Below, piece after piece: positions 38,593 to 52,399 of a DNA stretch of 64,000 bases. Under the pieces are notes generated by a model. It searched no databases. It had not been told where the DNA came from and was given only the letters and a program-made list of their open reading frames with translations. Each line of letters starts with the position of its first letter. Position 1 is the stretch's first letter. Made by a program: the position numbers and the translations under genes. The stretch is taken from contig OX597814.1 in NCBI GenBank assembly GCA_951406725.2, positions 50,282,001 to 50,346,000 on the forward strand, given 5' to 3'. This DNA is from Octopus vulgaris. Taxonomy: Eukaryota.

Positions 38593-40574
38593 CACCAACC
38601 TTTATTAGGTATCTTGGCCTCTCTCAAACTCAGCTCAGCTAACAAACCAATCTGGTAATTGTCGATTCCCCGTCCTAGAAATTATGCATTCGACTTCAAG
38701 TATATAGGTTTCAGTCTAGAAGTTTATTGTGTCGTGAGTTGTGCACAAGGGTCTAAGAATATTATCTAAATAAATATTTAGATATGGTTATCTAGAATAA
38801 CCTTTCGCAGAATTGATATGCTCACACAGAACGCACTCCGTACTACTCCAAATATGGTTATGATATTAACTAACACAGTAATCAATACGGATGATCAACA
38901 CTGTCAACTGCCCCTGCTGTCAACTCGTTTCTTTATTTGGCACCATGGCCACTAACACAGAGGGGGACACTACAAGGACAGACATAACACCACAGTGGGG
39001 AGAATAAACATAAAACGAATGATGATGAATATTATATAAAAATGGAAAAATGAAATGGTTGCATGGGTCCCACTCCTCATTTAGCACTTGAACGTTTGTA
39101 CACACTATATAACAATCGTACTATTATTGTCTATTGTTTTTTTCTTAATCATCATTTTTTCCTCTTTTTCCTTTGAAGTACTTTTTCCTTTTCTTGTGTT
39201 TCTTTTAACACAGTAATTTTACTTACTCTTCTTTTTTCCCCTTTTAATGCCTCATATAAGGCCCCACCCCTGCTGTCAATTAATGAGACAGTTCACACAG
39301 TTCTTTATTTTATTGAAATATGTTAGTTCACTTTCAGTCACGTGGGGGTGCTGAGGATCCTTTCACAAAGTTCTATCCAAGTTGACTTTTAACTTTAAAA
39401 AATTATGGTGTAAAATAATGGTGTGTGGAACTAATTATCTGGAAATATGGACAGCCAACCCTATTTTCCCTCTTGATTCCATCTAAAAGTTACATGCATA
39501 ACGCACTACCATTTATCTCATTTATAGCATTCAAGAAACTTATTTTTGTCTCAACCTGAGCACTTTTAAGAGGCTTTAATACTTTTCCTTTCAACTACTA
39601 ATGAGAAGGATATGCCCATGGATATTTCCAGCTGCATGAAGAAATGTGGCCGCCCGGCTATTATTGTATTTACTATCATTAACATCATCATCAACGTCAT
39701 CATCATCATCATCATTATTATAACTATCATTGACTTCATCCTTTTTAAATTTCGCAGTTCTATTGAAAAATACCTTAAATACCCTCATTTGTTATAGAGA
39801 GAGACATATTATAAGGGTGAGAGCTGGATACTTAGACTGCTCAGCAAGAAATTATTGCTGCATTGTTAGCTTATAATTACTGAGAATTCTCGTTCACTGA
39901 GAATTCTTGATGGTTAATAATTACGGAGAATTCATGATCAAACCTGACAGTGTAGACCTGTTATCTAATTACTGCAGCTATCAATATTCTGACTTATAGT
40001 AGTGTCCCTTCCTTTTTATACGATAAGATGTGATTTGAAAGAGATTTGGCAGCTATTTCTACAACATGGAAAGAGTGCATAGACAATCCCTCAATACTCC
40101 TATCATTATCGCCATTGAACTGATTACATTGGCGATAACAATAGGAGTGCTGCTGAATATATTGAAAAGGCGGGACGAAAGAAACAAAAAGAGAAAATAA
40201 AAGGACAATAAAGTGAAACAGCTGAGGAGAACTTCAGTAAATGAATAGTGATTTATAACTTCCATTAATATAAAAAAATTTAAAAAAACAGCTCAATAAC
40301 TTTGTCTTCCATTACTGCTGGGGGTCAATGAAACGTGTCAGCGGAACATGCAGTTTAGCGTTGTGTTGTTTCAAACAACAGCTCTCATCTCTGTGATGCA
40401 CATAAACATATGCATGTGTACAAATATATATTGATATATCGCACAAGCATTAAATATACAGACATAAACACACTCATATATATATTACATATGTATAATA
40501 CATATATACTATACATATAATATATAACAGATACTATATATATAATATTTAATATATAATATAAATATAAGACG

Positions 40575-40960
40575 CATGCGTGGCTGTGTAGTAAGAAGCT
40601 CGCTTTCCAACCACATAGCTCCGGGTTCAGTCCTTCTGCGTGGAACCTTGCGTAAGTGTCTTCTACTATAGCCTCAGGCCGGCCAAAGCGTGTGAGTGGA
40701 TTTTGAAACTCGTCGTTTATGCATGTATGCATGTGTGTCTGTGTTTGTCCGCCTATCACCCCTTGACAACCGGTATTGGTGCGTTTATTGGTAGATTAGC
40801 GGTTCGACAAAAGAGACTGATACAATAAATCATGGGTTCGATTGTTCGACTAAAAATAAATCATGGGTTCGATTGTTCGACTAAAATCCTTCCAGACGGT
40901 GCTCCAACATGACCGCAGTCAAATGCCTTGAAGAAGTAAACGAATAAAAGAATAAAAGAA
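40575..40960 (+). mobile_element. Diverged tRNA-derived SINE with internal 31-bp tandem duplication
   Basis: Homologous to 23576-24000; atcatgggttcgattgttcgactaaaa duplicated. Confidence 0.85.
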
Positions 40961-41249
40961 TATAAATATATCATGCATAATATATATATACAGGAATTTC
41001 CTGCTTTACGGGAGAAAAATTTCGTAATGCAGAGTAATTTTTTCCATTGATTTCCATATCACGAATTAAAAATGCGTTCGGACAGGTCCCTCGTTTTTTT
41101 TTTCTTTTAGGAACCAGCGCTAGCAACAACAAAGCAACATGTCCGTTTTTATGCATGTAAATAACAATTTCTAAACATACACAGTACAATTCGTAAACAC
41201 AGAAACATTTCAAAAGGAATACGTAAGGGGATAAATAAGAATTTTAATA

Positions 41250-42780
41250 TCATTATAGAGTCGTTCTTACCACATGTGATGTTGACTATCATGTGAGAGT
41301 CGGTGTTTGAATGAGACTTACTGGGAGGATTAAGGAAACTATCTTATATCTTATAGTTCATCATCAATACCTACTTATCCAAAATTGCTTGATATTTATG
41401 ATGTGTCATCTCTTTGTACATCTCACTGAAAGAACTGAGCTCATTGTAAATCCTTCCTGTAATCTTTATGAACGGTCGCGATTAAAGTTAAAATCTATAT
41501 ATTCCAATCCTTTAGCAATATTCTTCGTAGTGAATTTAAGTGGCGTCGGTTGCATTTCAGTATTTTCGTCTGTATTCTCAGCTTGCTCGCTCTTGTTCTT
41601 AGAGCATCAGCTCCTCATTAGATAAACTTTTTGTTTGGGACCCTTGCAATTCAACGACATCCTCTAAGGCTTCTTAAAATCCTATATAAACTGCAAGGTA
41701 TCTCTCCGAATTTAAACTAAACTTTCCGATTGGGAAAACTTGTGAAGTCGCGGATTAAGTCTGGTTACGTATTTTTACAAGCACCATTCAAAGTTGAGGG
41801 TTTCATTTCGCCGTATGATGCACCTATATTAACCACAACATCCATTTAGTTGAACTGCTTTCAGATAACTCTAACTATAGGTTTGTACTCCCTGTCAATT
41901 GTTTTCATAAGTTGTTTGAAAATCCGCAGAAAATAATGCTTTCTATCACAACTTGATAGAAGTTTTATTCTTAGGGATTTATTCTAACATTATCAGAAAG
42001 GTCATTTAAGTTCACTGGACTGTCTAAAAGGAGTAATGCTTTGTTGGAAATATTGTCAGGCACTCTTCTTTTCCACGGCATGACAAAAAATGTTTGTAAA
42101 CAATTTTTCGAAACTCTATAAGTCATCAATGCCTTCTTATTTGAACTCCAAATGAGAAGTCGATTAAATTTTGCATAACCCTTGAACGCTCTTGGATTTT
42201 CCGGACGATACACAAACTACTGGAGCCCTATTTCTAGTGGGTAATTTGGCCCTAGTAAGAACTTTTAATGACTTCGGTTGTCTTTTATTTTTAATTATTT
42301 AGTAGGTTTTGAGAATCTTCTTCATTCGAGACCTGTTCATCGAAAAAGGAATGTTCTGATTGAAGTTGTATGCTTCTGCATTTTTTGGAGTGTGTTGATG
42401 TATCATGGAACGTATTGAATGTATCAGACACGTTTCGTAGTTCTTGAGTGTCTACCGTTTTTGCACGTTCCATTCCGTTATTGATTAAAGTTACTGGGTA
42501 TTGTCTTTTGAGTAATATACTTTTCTGTTCTGGAAGTTGTTTCTCCCGGGTTTCGAGATTGTATAAAATTATGCAAATTCTTCTTACTAAGCTAAAAGTT
42601 GTTTATTTTCGTATGTTTTAGATGGTTGGAAGAAAACAGCAGATATTGTTTTGAGCTTACTGGTTTGAAGATGCCCGTTTTAATGTTCGTATTGGTTTTT
42701 ATTTTTAAGATGATAGAAAAGGGTAGTTATTTTTACGGTATGCAATAGTAAAATGGATACAATGTTTTATGTTACTAATT
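41250..42780 (-). mobile_element. Decayed pogo/Tigger (DDE_1) transposase remnant
   Basis: YRPENPRAFKGY..IWSSNKKALMT..NISNKALLLLDS..LNDLSDNV resembles the Tigger DDE_1 core; many frameshifts; boundaries approximate. Confidence 0.78.
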
Positions 42781-42933
42781 AAAATGTTAAACTCAGAGGT
42801 AATCATCCAGACTGTGTATCTAAGGGATGAAACATTGGTCTTTTTCATAATAGGTCAAGTCACAAAATAGAGATACTGCACTGTAATGTTCTGAGTTCAT
42901 AATTACATGTTCCTTTAATATGCGTGTGTGTGT

Positions 42934-42998
<65 letters not shown>

Positions 42999-43223
42999 CA
43001 TATGTGTGTGTATATGTATTTTGATTTGATTTTTCCAGTTTCAGCTATTGAGCTGTGGCCATGCTGGGGCACCATGTATGTATATATATGTATATTCATA
43101 TATATATATATGTATATATATACAGAGAGAGAGAGAGAGAGAGATCAGTCTTAAGATTATTAACAATTTCCCATTCATTCCATTTGGTATTTGATTAAGG
43201 AAAATCGTCAACGAAGTCACAGA

Positions 43224-43265
<42 letters not shown>

Positions 43266-43639
43266 GTATAGATACAAGTATATGTGTGTGTGTGCATAGA
43301 CGTGTATAAGTCTATATTTACATATATAGATATTATATATATATATAGATATATATAGATATATATATATATATATATGTGTGTGTGTATGTATGTATGT
43401 ATGTATGTATATAGTGTCCCAATCGCTATATATGGTCCCAGGTTTAGTGCCACTGCGTCGCACCTTGAACAAGAATCTTCGACTATAGCCTCGGGCCGAC
43501 CAAGCCTTTGTGAGTCGATTTGGTAAACGGAAACTGATAGAAGCTCGTCGTATCTATTTTTCTATCTCTCTCTCCCCTTTCTCTGTATGTTTATATATAT
43601 ATATAATGTGCGCGTGTGCGTGTGTGTCTGTAATGTGGC

Positions 43640-43965
43640 ATTCTATCGGTTACTCATGAAATTAACGTGCACGTGGCTGAGCACTCCCGAGATACGTGAA
43701 GCCTTAACGTAGTTCTCGGAGAGATTCAGTGTGACTCAGAGTGTGACAAGGCTGGACCTTTGAAATACAGGTACAACATAAACAGGAAGAAAGAGTGGGA
43801 GAAAGTTGTGGTGAAAGAGGACAGCAAGGTTCACCCCCACCTCCCCTGCCTCGTGGAGTGTTAGGTGTATTAGCTCAATAAACACTCACAACGCCCGGTC
43901 TGGGAATCGAAACCGCGATCCAACGACCGCGATTCCGCTGCCCTAACCACTGGGCCATTGCACTG
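43640..43965 (-). mobile_element. tRNA-derived SINE of a third family
   Basis: Minus strand head caatggcccagtggttagggcagcg...ggtttcgattccc (A and B boxes). Confidence 0.75.
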
Positions 43966-44039
43966 CCACATATATATGTGTGTGTGCGCGTGTGTGTGTG
44001 TATTATATATATATATGTGTGTGTGTATATATATATATT

Positions 44040-44550
44040 AAAATTAATCAAAGGACATACTAAGTATCTCTACCTGCTGGAAATAACAGTCAAAACTCAT
44101 TTAAATCGTCAAAATACACTGATTATAACTATAGATATCAACCATCCAATGACAAACGGGCTAAGACAATTTGGACACACGTGGACCGGTTTCTGTACTA
44201 GCAAACAGCCTCAGCTTCCTCAGCACGTGTTACCATGATAGAGACCCCGGACCCATCGTGTTGAGGTCTGCATTGCAACTGATTCGACTTGCACCGAACG
44301 AAGCAAAACGAATCAGTTGCAGAACAGACTTCAACTTGTCTGGCTGGTGGGATCTCTATCGTGGTAACATCTGCTGAGGAACCTGAAGTTATTGTCAGTG
44401 CAGAAACTGGTTCACGTGAGTTCAAATACTTGAATGTATGTTGGGAGATTGTCTTAGTCCGTTTGTCTTCGGATGGTTGATTTCTGTAATAAGAATTTTG
44501 ACCGCTATTTCCAGCAGGTAAATATACTTAGTATGTCCTTTGATTTATTT
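44040..44550. repeat. Diverged about 510-bp fold-back (imperfect palindrome)
   Basis: Arms match in blocks (caaaggacatactaagtat, ctgctggaaata, caaccatcc..gacaaacgg.ctaagacaat, ttcctcagca..tgttacca.gatagaga, tgcaactgattcg); centre about 44295. Confidence 0.88.
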
Positions 44551-44674
44551 TTGGCGGGGGGGGGGGCTGCAATCGCCTATATTATTGATTCTGTTATCAT
44601 TTTTAAATCATTACACTAGATAATAACAGAGTCAATGGTAACTTCGCAAATTATTTGCTTCGTATTTCATATAT

Positions 44675-45558
44675 ATATATAAAAAAAAGGAAATGAAGAA
44701 AATGCTGACAAATAATTGAAGTAATTCAATTAGGTGAAAGTTCTTTTACCGGTTGCGCATTTGTTATGCTTATCAAAATATAAAAGAGAGATTAGAGTCT
44801 GTCTCTTATATGTGAAAAAAGAGGCTCCAGAGTTGTTTGGGATTTGCTTGGTTTCGCGCCTAAAATTTTGATTGGTCATTATGAAGGGTCACGTGAATGT
44901 TTGAATGGAAGTTGGTGTTGGGGTAAGAAAAAAGGCTCCAGAGAAGTTAAAATTTGGCTAGTGTCCCGCCTAAAATTTCTTATTGGCCATAATAAAGAGG
45001 TCACGTGAATGTTTAGAATTTTCGAAAATAATGTTGTTGAAAATTTTATTGTTCAGGCTGGTCAGTAGACGTCATGTGGATATTTTAAATAGCTTTTTAG
45101 CGCGTAGTTAGAGTGTATCCAGTCAAGCGGCTAAAAAGCTATTTAAAATATCCACATGACGTCTACTGACCAGCCTGAACAATAAGAATTTTCAACAACA
45201 CTATTTTCGAAAATTCTAAACATTCACGTGACCTCTTTATTATGGCCAATAAGAAATTTTAGGCGGGACACTAGCCAAATTTTAACTTCTCTGGAGCCTT
45301 TTTTCTTACCCCAACACCAACTTCCATTCAAACATTCACGTGACCCCTTCATAATGACCAATCAAAATTTTAGGCGCGAAACCAAGCAAATCCCAAACAA
45401 CTCTGGAGCCTCTTTTTTTCACATATAAGAGACAGACTCTAATCTCTCTTTTATATTTTGATAAGCATAACAAATGCGCAACCGGTAAAAAGAACTTTCA
45501 CCTAATTGAATTACTTCAATTATTTGTCAGCATTTTCTTCATTTCCTTTTTTATATAT
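44675..45558. repeat. Near-perfect about 880-bp palindrome / fold-back element (about 430-bp arms, 28-nt spacer)
   Basis: 44675-45101 is the reverse complement of 45130-45558 with only a handful of differences; TA-rich flanks. Confidence 0.95.
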
Positions 45559-45586
45559 CACCACTCGTGTTCGACATCTCCTTTTT

Positions 45587-45626
<40 letters not shown>

Positions 45627-45721
45627 TAAATTAGAGACAAAACCACTATTATGCAAATCAAACAAAGAAAGACTTAAGCTAATACATAAAACAATTTATA
45701 TAAATTAAATTTAATTAAAAT

Positions 45722-45775
45722 AACCACTACGATCGTTTCGTGTTAGCACTTCTACGAGACATTCTTCAGGTGGTT
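45722..45775 (-). ncRNA. Type I hammerhead ribozyme, canonical CUGAAGA core
   Basis: Minus strand aaccac-CTGAAGA-atgt..acac-GAAA-cgatcg-TA-gtggtt; 6-bp stem I. Confidence 0.85.
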
Positions 45776-46870
45776 TCAAAACCTAAAATATAATCAATAT
45801 TTTTAAGATATAAATAATCAATATAATCTAAATAAAAATTTACTTATAATAAACTCTATTATTAAATATGATTATATCGAAATCGACTATAATGTTAAAT
45901 ATTAACTTTAATTTATAAGGTAGAAAATCCATTTTAGTCTATATCTACTTATATAGATATTTGAAATGACTAATATATATAAATTATCAATGAAAATATA
46001 TATAAATATTATAATCAAGATCTAAAATAAACTCTATAAACGATTGTATATAATGAAAACCTAATATATTTAATTTCTCATATTTAAAGATAAAATAGCT
46101 AATTTCAAAAAACAAAAAGTAATATATACACACATGCTCATGCACATATATACATGTATGTATATAAACATATCTAAATACGTACACAAACTCACACACA
46201 CATATATATATCTATACATACACATAAACATATAGACACAGATATATTTATAATGCAGCCCTATACTTCTACGCATTACTTATTCATACTCCCACACACA
46301 CACACATACAATCACTCATTCATAAACATATACTCTCAGCATGACACTTAACACAGAGGAGAAATAACATCCAGTAGCCGCAGATACTCAACCACATACT
46401 TATAGAAATATTTCATTCTTAGTAAAATAGTATTAAATACTATATACTATATATATGTAATAAACATATATAAATACGTAAACAAACACACACACATATA
46501 TATATCTATACATACACAAATTTAGTACAATAGTATTAAATACTATATACTATATGTATGTAATAAACATATATAAATACGTAAACAAACACACACACAC
46601 ATATATATCTATACATACGCAAATACATATAGACACGGATATGTTTTAAATGCAGCCCAATATTCCTACACATTAATTATTCAAACTCGCACACACACAC
46701 ATACATTCACTCATACATAAACGTATGCACACTGCAATACACTAACACAGACAATAGACACAGATACTCAGCCACATACCTATAGGAATAACCTTACTTA
46801 GTAATATAGTATTAAAAAATACTATAAGTACTATAAACAAATTTATGAATGGGAATATTATCTAATATAA

Positions 46871-46924
46871 ATTATGCTGAAGAATGTCTCATAAAAGTGC
46901 TGACACGAAACGATCGTAGTGGTT
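46871..46924 (+). ncRNA. Hammerhead motif, inverted partner of 45722-45775 (stem I 5' strand altered)
   Basis: CTGAAGA-atgtc..gacac-GAAA-cgatcg-TA-gtggtt; homology to the left arm starts exactly at CTGAAGA. Confidence 0.7.
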
Positions 46925-47106
46925 ATTTTAATTAAATTTAATTTATATAAAATATTTCATGTATTGGCTTAAGTCTTTCTTTGTTTGATTTGCATAATAG
47001 TGGTTTTGTCTCTAATTTAATATAATATAATATTTTACCATAAAATTTGATTCAATCCTAAATCTGTTTTTTCCCTGTAAGTTTGGATTTATTCCCTAAT
47101 ATTTAT

Positions 47107-47206
<100 letters not shown>

Positions 47207-47239
47207 TGTGTATGTATGTATGCATGCATGTGTGTATGT

Positions 47240-47676
47240 ATAATTTAGAACAAATAGCAAGTTGTCATTATAGTGCTCCGAGTTTCGAATGTCGAAGCGA
47301 AGAGCTACGATGCATTCTCGTTGGCTATTAATGACAATAGACGCTATGAAAAACCGTTGTATAAAATGGAAATTACTCTAATAGGTAGAAAAAAAGAAAG
47401 ATAATAAAATACACGCAACAATATTCTCACAATACATAGACATAAAACCTCCTGCGTTCATAACATCTGCGTACGTACACACTCACACAAACGTGTATAT
47501 GTACATGCGCATACACACACAAACATATATGTGCATGTACGTACTCATATATATACAGATAACCACGTAGGTATCATATGCACATAAGTGTCTGCATACA
47601 TATATATTTAGACATTCATACATATAAATATACGTATATATATATAGGTATGCATTCATATTCATGCATAAACGTA

Positions 47677-47738
<62 letters not shown>

Positions 47739-47880
47739 CATCCTCCTTTCACACACCTATGTCCGCATATATACAAACATATGCATATCGGTATAAATGA
47801 AGGGGGTGTGTGCATGGAAGTCGCACTTATGCACCGGACACAGTCTTACACTCATATACATACATATACGCATACATATC

Positions 47881-47914
<34 letters not shown>

Positions 47915-48645
47915 TATAAACTATATACATATACTCACAAACGTACACATTCATACAATTAAAATGGAAAATAATAAAAATATATATAGAAAATAAAAAA
48001 TGTTAAGGCATGGAAAGCTTGCACAAGAACATAGTAAAAATACAGATTTTATCCGTGATCTTGGGGGACCCAAAGCCGTAACAGGTATTTTGTTACGTAT
48101 GGACATGATACCAAAAAGTTCAGTTCTTGAATTTAGACATGTAGCGGTGTCCAAGGAAATTTTCCAGATGAGCCATCTTTCCATATCACAAAGACCACAC
48201 TTGCTACTACTGTTGGTATGAGATTTACTCTTGGCCTAGATCCTCCAGTAAATCCTATAGCTGACACCTTGTTCTTTCAAGAACCATATATAACTGGATG
48301 ATTTGGTAGTTTTTCGTTTATTCCAATGTATGAAACTTAAGGTGTGATTGCTGAACCTTGCTTTAAAATTTCCCTCCGTGAGACACATATATCTCTTTGA
48401 TGAAACTGTGTCATTAGCGTCCGTAGAATTTACGGTGGCTTCATAAATAATGGCCTCAGTCATACAGGCTCCATTTAGCGGGCACAAGTATTTATCCCTG
48501 CAGGAACAGCCGGCTTCGTGTTGTTGTTTTGCATTGTGTGAAAATATGTTTTTATCCCTATGTCTTAACATTTTTTATAGTCTCTATATATTTTTTCTTT
48601 TTTTTCTTTTTGATTGTGTGAATATGTACGTGTATGAGTATATGT
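47240..48645 (-). mobile_element. 5'-truncated Naiad-like PLE: GIY-YIG fragment, 3' UTR, degenerate HHR and 5' inverted UTR piece
   Basis: CSCRDKYLCPLNGACMTEAIIYEATV..RYMCLTEGNFKARFSNH..YIWFLKE, KCGLC, LNSRTELF; 48555-48645 is an inverted copy of about 47927-48015. Confidence 0.85.
47262..47337 (-). ncRNA. Degenerate hammerhead motif (probably inactive)
   Basis: Minus strand ttgtcattaatag-CCAACGA-gaatg..cattc-GAAA-ctcggag-CA-ctataatgacaa; three stems intact, core mutated. Confidence 0.65.
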
Positions 48646-48697
48646 GAGTGAATTTGGTTGACGGAAACTGAAAAAGGCCCATATATGTATATATATA

Positions 48698-48745
<48 letters not shown>

Positions 48746-48910
48746 TGTGTCTGTGTTTGTCCCCGTAACTTAGCGGTTCGGCAAAAGAGACCGATACAAT
48801 AAGTACTATGCTTAGAAAGAATAAGTCCCGGGTCGATTTGCTCGACTAAAGGCGGTGCTCCAGCATGGCCGCAATCAAATGACTGAAACAAGTAAAAGAG
48901 TAAAAGAGTA
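48645..48910 (+). mobile_element. 5'-truncated tRNA-derived SINE
   Basis: Matches the 3' two-thirds of 23576-24000. Confidence 0.88.
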
Positions 48911-48912
48911 CA

Positions 48913-48956
<44 letters not shown>

Positions 48957-49627
48957 AACTATAAGTAGTATCAGCATTATTCTTACAAGATTAAGTGCTT
49001 AGATGATTCTAGATGGCTTGAGCATAGAAAGTAGATAGACGAATACAGTATTGAAACAAAATATTGAAAGGTATTTATTTTTCCCGCTGATTTACTGTTT
49101 CTGAAAAATTTTCGCCATTTTATTGTTGTAAGCAATAAAAAAAAACTAATAAATAAGGTAAATATCGATTTCTTACGTAGGCATAAATTCTCAGTTTTAT
49201 ACAGTAGGGAAAATAATGCAACCCACCCTACCTTTCCCTCAAACGTCAGGGATAGAAATGAAGTGAATGGCTGAGATTGTGGGGTTGTTGAACCCACGTA
49301 GCTTGCTCAGCTCTCCGGGAGATTGCGGGAAGAGGCGGGAGTTGATCGGTTGTTTATTTATCTTTTATTTTATTCTATGTTTTACTCTGTATCGGAAAAC
49401 TAAAAGGAAGCAAGAAGGGAAACACAAATAATGAATAAATAAAATGACAGAATTCGATGAACGAAAGAGTTATATATAAAAGATAAGTAAAGAAGGAATG
49501 AGCGAATGAACCATTGAAATAGCTGATCAATAGAAAAGATCGAATATGAAAGAAAGAATGAATAGGAAGTAAATCAAAAATTGTTAAAAATAAGTAAGTT
49601 AACAAAAGTCATGAAGGAAAATTCATA

Positions 49628-49700
<73 letters not shown>

Positions 49701-50294
49701 GAGTAAGAGAGAGAGAGAAGGGGAGAGAGTAAGAGAGAGAGAGAGAGAGAGCAAGCAAACATGAGTGAGAAGGAGCGAATGATGAAAAAAATGCATTTTT
49801 CTATTTCGTCATGTTTGTCACGTGGTGTGTCTTGGGATCTGAAATTACTTGAAATATAAACCCCTGCAGGGAAATTTAGGCCTTATTTGCAATTCAAATC
49901 GCCCTAAACAATGCAACTCATATTTCTTTATGTATTTCTATATAGTTGCTGTTTTGTTTTACTTATTTATTTAATATTATTATTATTCTTATTACTGTTC
50001 TTGTTGTTAGTTTGGTGATGTCGATGTTGTTCCTATTGCTATCCTCATTATTGTTAGTGCTGTAAATTTTATAATTGTTATCATCATTATTAGTAGTAGT
50101 ATTATATTATTTATATTATATTATCGCTTGTTTTTTAGGGTTAGTTTTTGTTTGGTTCTTCCAATTTTTTTTCATTTACTCTTTCTCTGCTTTAGTTTGT
50201 TTTTCACTGCTTACAAAATGTAAAATTGAATAAACTCTTTCAAAATGTCTTCCTGCTTGTGTATATGAACATGTGTCTAGTATGTATTTGTGTG

Positions 50295-50326
<32 letters not shown>

Positions 50327-50716
50327 TGTATGTATGTATGTATGTATGTATGTATGTATGTATGTATGTATGTATGTATGTATGTATGTATGTATGTATG
50401 TATGTATGTATGTATATATGTATGTATGTATGTATATAGTTAGACAGACAGACAGATACATGATTTGTAATATTGCTTTGAAAATTTATATATGAAACTA
50501 AGTCATAAATAAACTAGTAATATCGGTCCATGCTGATGTATGTTGCAAAGCCAGTGAGCTATGTATGTATATGCCTGACTCTGTTCTTCATTATTAACGA
50601 GCTATTTGAAGTAGTGTCTTGTGCGTTTGGGTTAATCTCTGTGTTGATGCATGCATGTATGTATATAAGTATGTATGTATGTATGTATGTATATATGTAT
50701 GTATGTATGTATGTTA

Positions 50717-51232
50717 TAGGCGTGGTTGTGTGGTAAGTAGCTTGCTTACCAACCACATGGTTCCGGCTTCAGTCCCACATTGTGGCATCTTGGGCAAGTA
50801 TCTTCTGCTATAGCCCCAGGCCGACCAATGCCTTGTGAGTGGATTTGGTAGACGGAAACTGAAAGAAGCCTGTCGTATGTATGTATGTATGTATGTATGT
50901 ATAGGCGCAGGAGTGACTGTGTGGTAAGTAGCTTGCTTACCAACCACATGGTTCCGGGTTCAGTCCCACAGCATGGCATCTTGGGCAAGTATCTTCTGCT
51001 ATAGCCCCGGGCCGACCAATGCCTTGTGAGTGGATTTGGTAGACGGAAACTGAAAGAAGCCCGTCGTATATATGTATATATATATGTGTGTGTATGTGTG
51101 TGTGTTTGTGTGTCTGTGTTTGTCCCCCTAGCATTGCTTGACAACCGATGCTGGTGTGTTTACGTCCCCGTCACTTAGCGGTTCGGCCGCAGTCAAATGA
51201 CTGAAACAAGTAAAAGAGTAAGAATAAAAGAG
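50717..51232 (+). mobile_element. Tandem SINE pair (5' half plus internally deleted copy) in (TATG)n
   Basis: Two heads at about 50717 and 50903, homologous to 23576-24000. Confidence 0.9.
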
Positions 51233-51651
51233 TATGTATGTATGTATGTATGTATGTATGTATGTATGTATGTATGTATGTATGTATGTATGTATGTATG
51301 TATGTATGTATAATTGTTGTATGTATGTATGTATGTATGTATGTATTTATGTATGTATGTGTGTACAGGAGAAAAAGTGCGAGAGGGAGAGAGATGGAGA
51401 GATGAAAAGAGTAAAAAGAAAAGGATAAAGAGAACGGTGTATTTGTGTGAGTAAATAAGAGTGTGTAAGCTAAATATTTTCTCTTTTCCTACATATGTGT
51501 TCGTGCGGTGGTATCCAGTGTATTTATGTGTCATGACCACGTCACTTCTTAACACTTATATTTCTATAGATTTTTTTTCAGCTGTGTACAAACAAGGGAT
51601 GTCTCAAGAGGCTGCAATAGACCTGTTATTTATTTATTTACTTATTTATTT

Positions 51652-51740
<89 letters not shown>

Positions 51741-51749
51741 TATTATTAC

Positions 51750-51836
<87 letters not shown>
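51652..51836. repeat. (ATC)n/(ATT)n microsatellite
   Basis: Seen directly. Confidence 0.95.
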
Positions 51837-52399
51837 TGTTATTTATCATTTCTATTTTGTTTTACTTGTATGTATTTATTTATTTATTCTTTTAAGTTGA
51901 TCATCTCTTGTTTAACTCAACCTCTCACCCATTATGTTAATTCTACTTCTGCTTCACCAGTAGCCGATCGAAAGATTTTTTTCTCCTTATTTTCTTACTG
52001 CAGTGCTAAATATTTCTATCATAAGCCTGCATGATCAAAGTTAATGCCAACATTTGGAGGTGTGAAACACGGGACTTAAATGGTGTGTCCTAGACTGTAG
52101 CACTGTGTACAGTGTGTGACTTTCATTTTTCACGTTCAGCTAAAAGCCACCAACCTTTGATTACAGCCAAGAAACAACAGCAAAATGAACCAAAACGAAG
52201 GCAAAATAATATTCAAAAATAACAAAAGCCAAACGGCTACAAATCTCGGTGGTTGAATGTGTGCAAGCCTTTCACTTTTCTTGACAGCATTTACTTTCCT
52301 GAAGTCAGATATTTTCACACGAGCAGTCGTTTGATTCATAAGGTATCAACAGAGATAAGATATGCCTTCCAGCAACGAATGCTGGAAAATGTTATAGAA

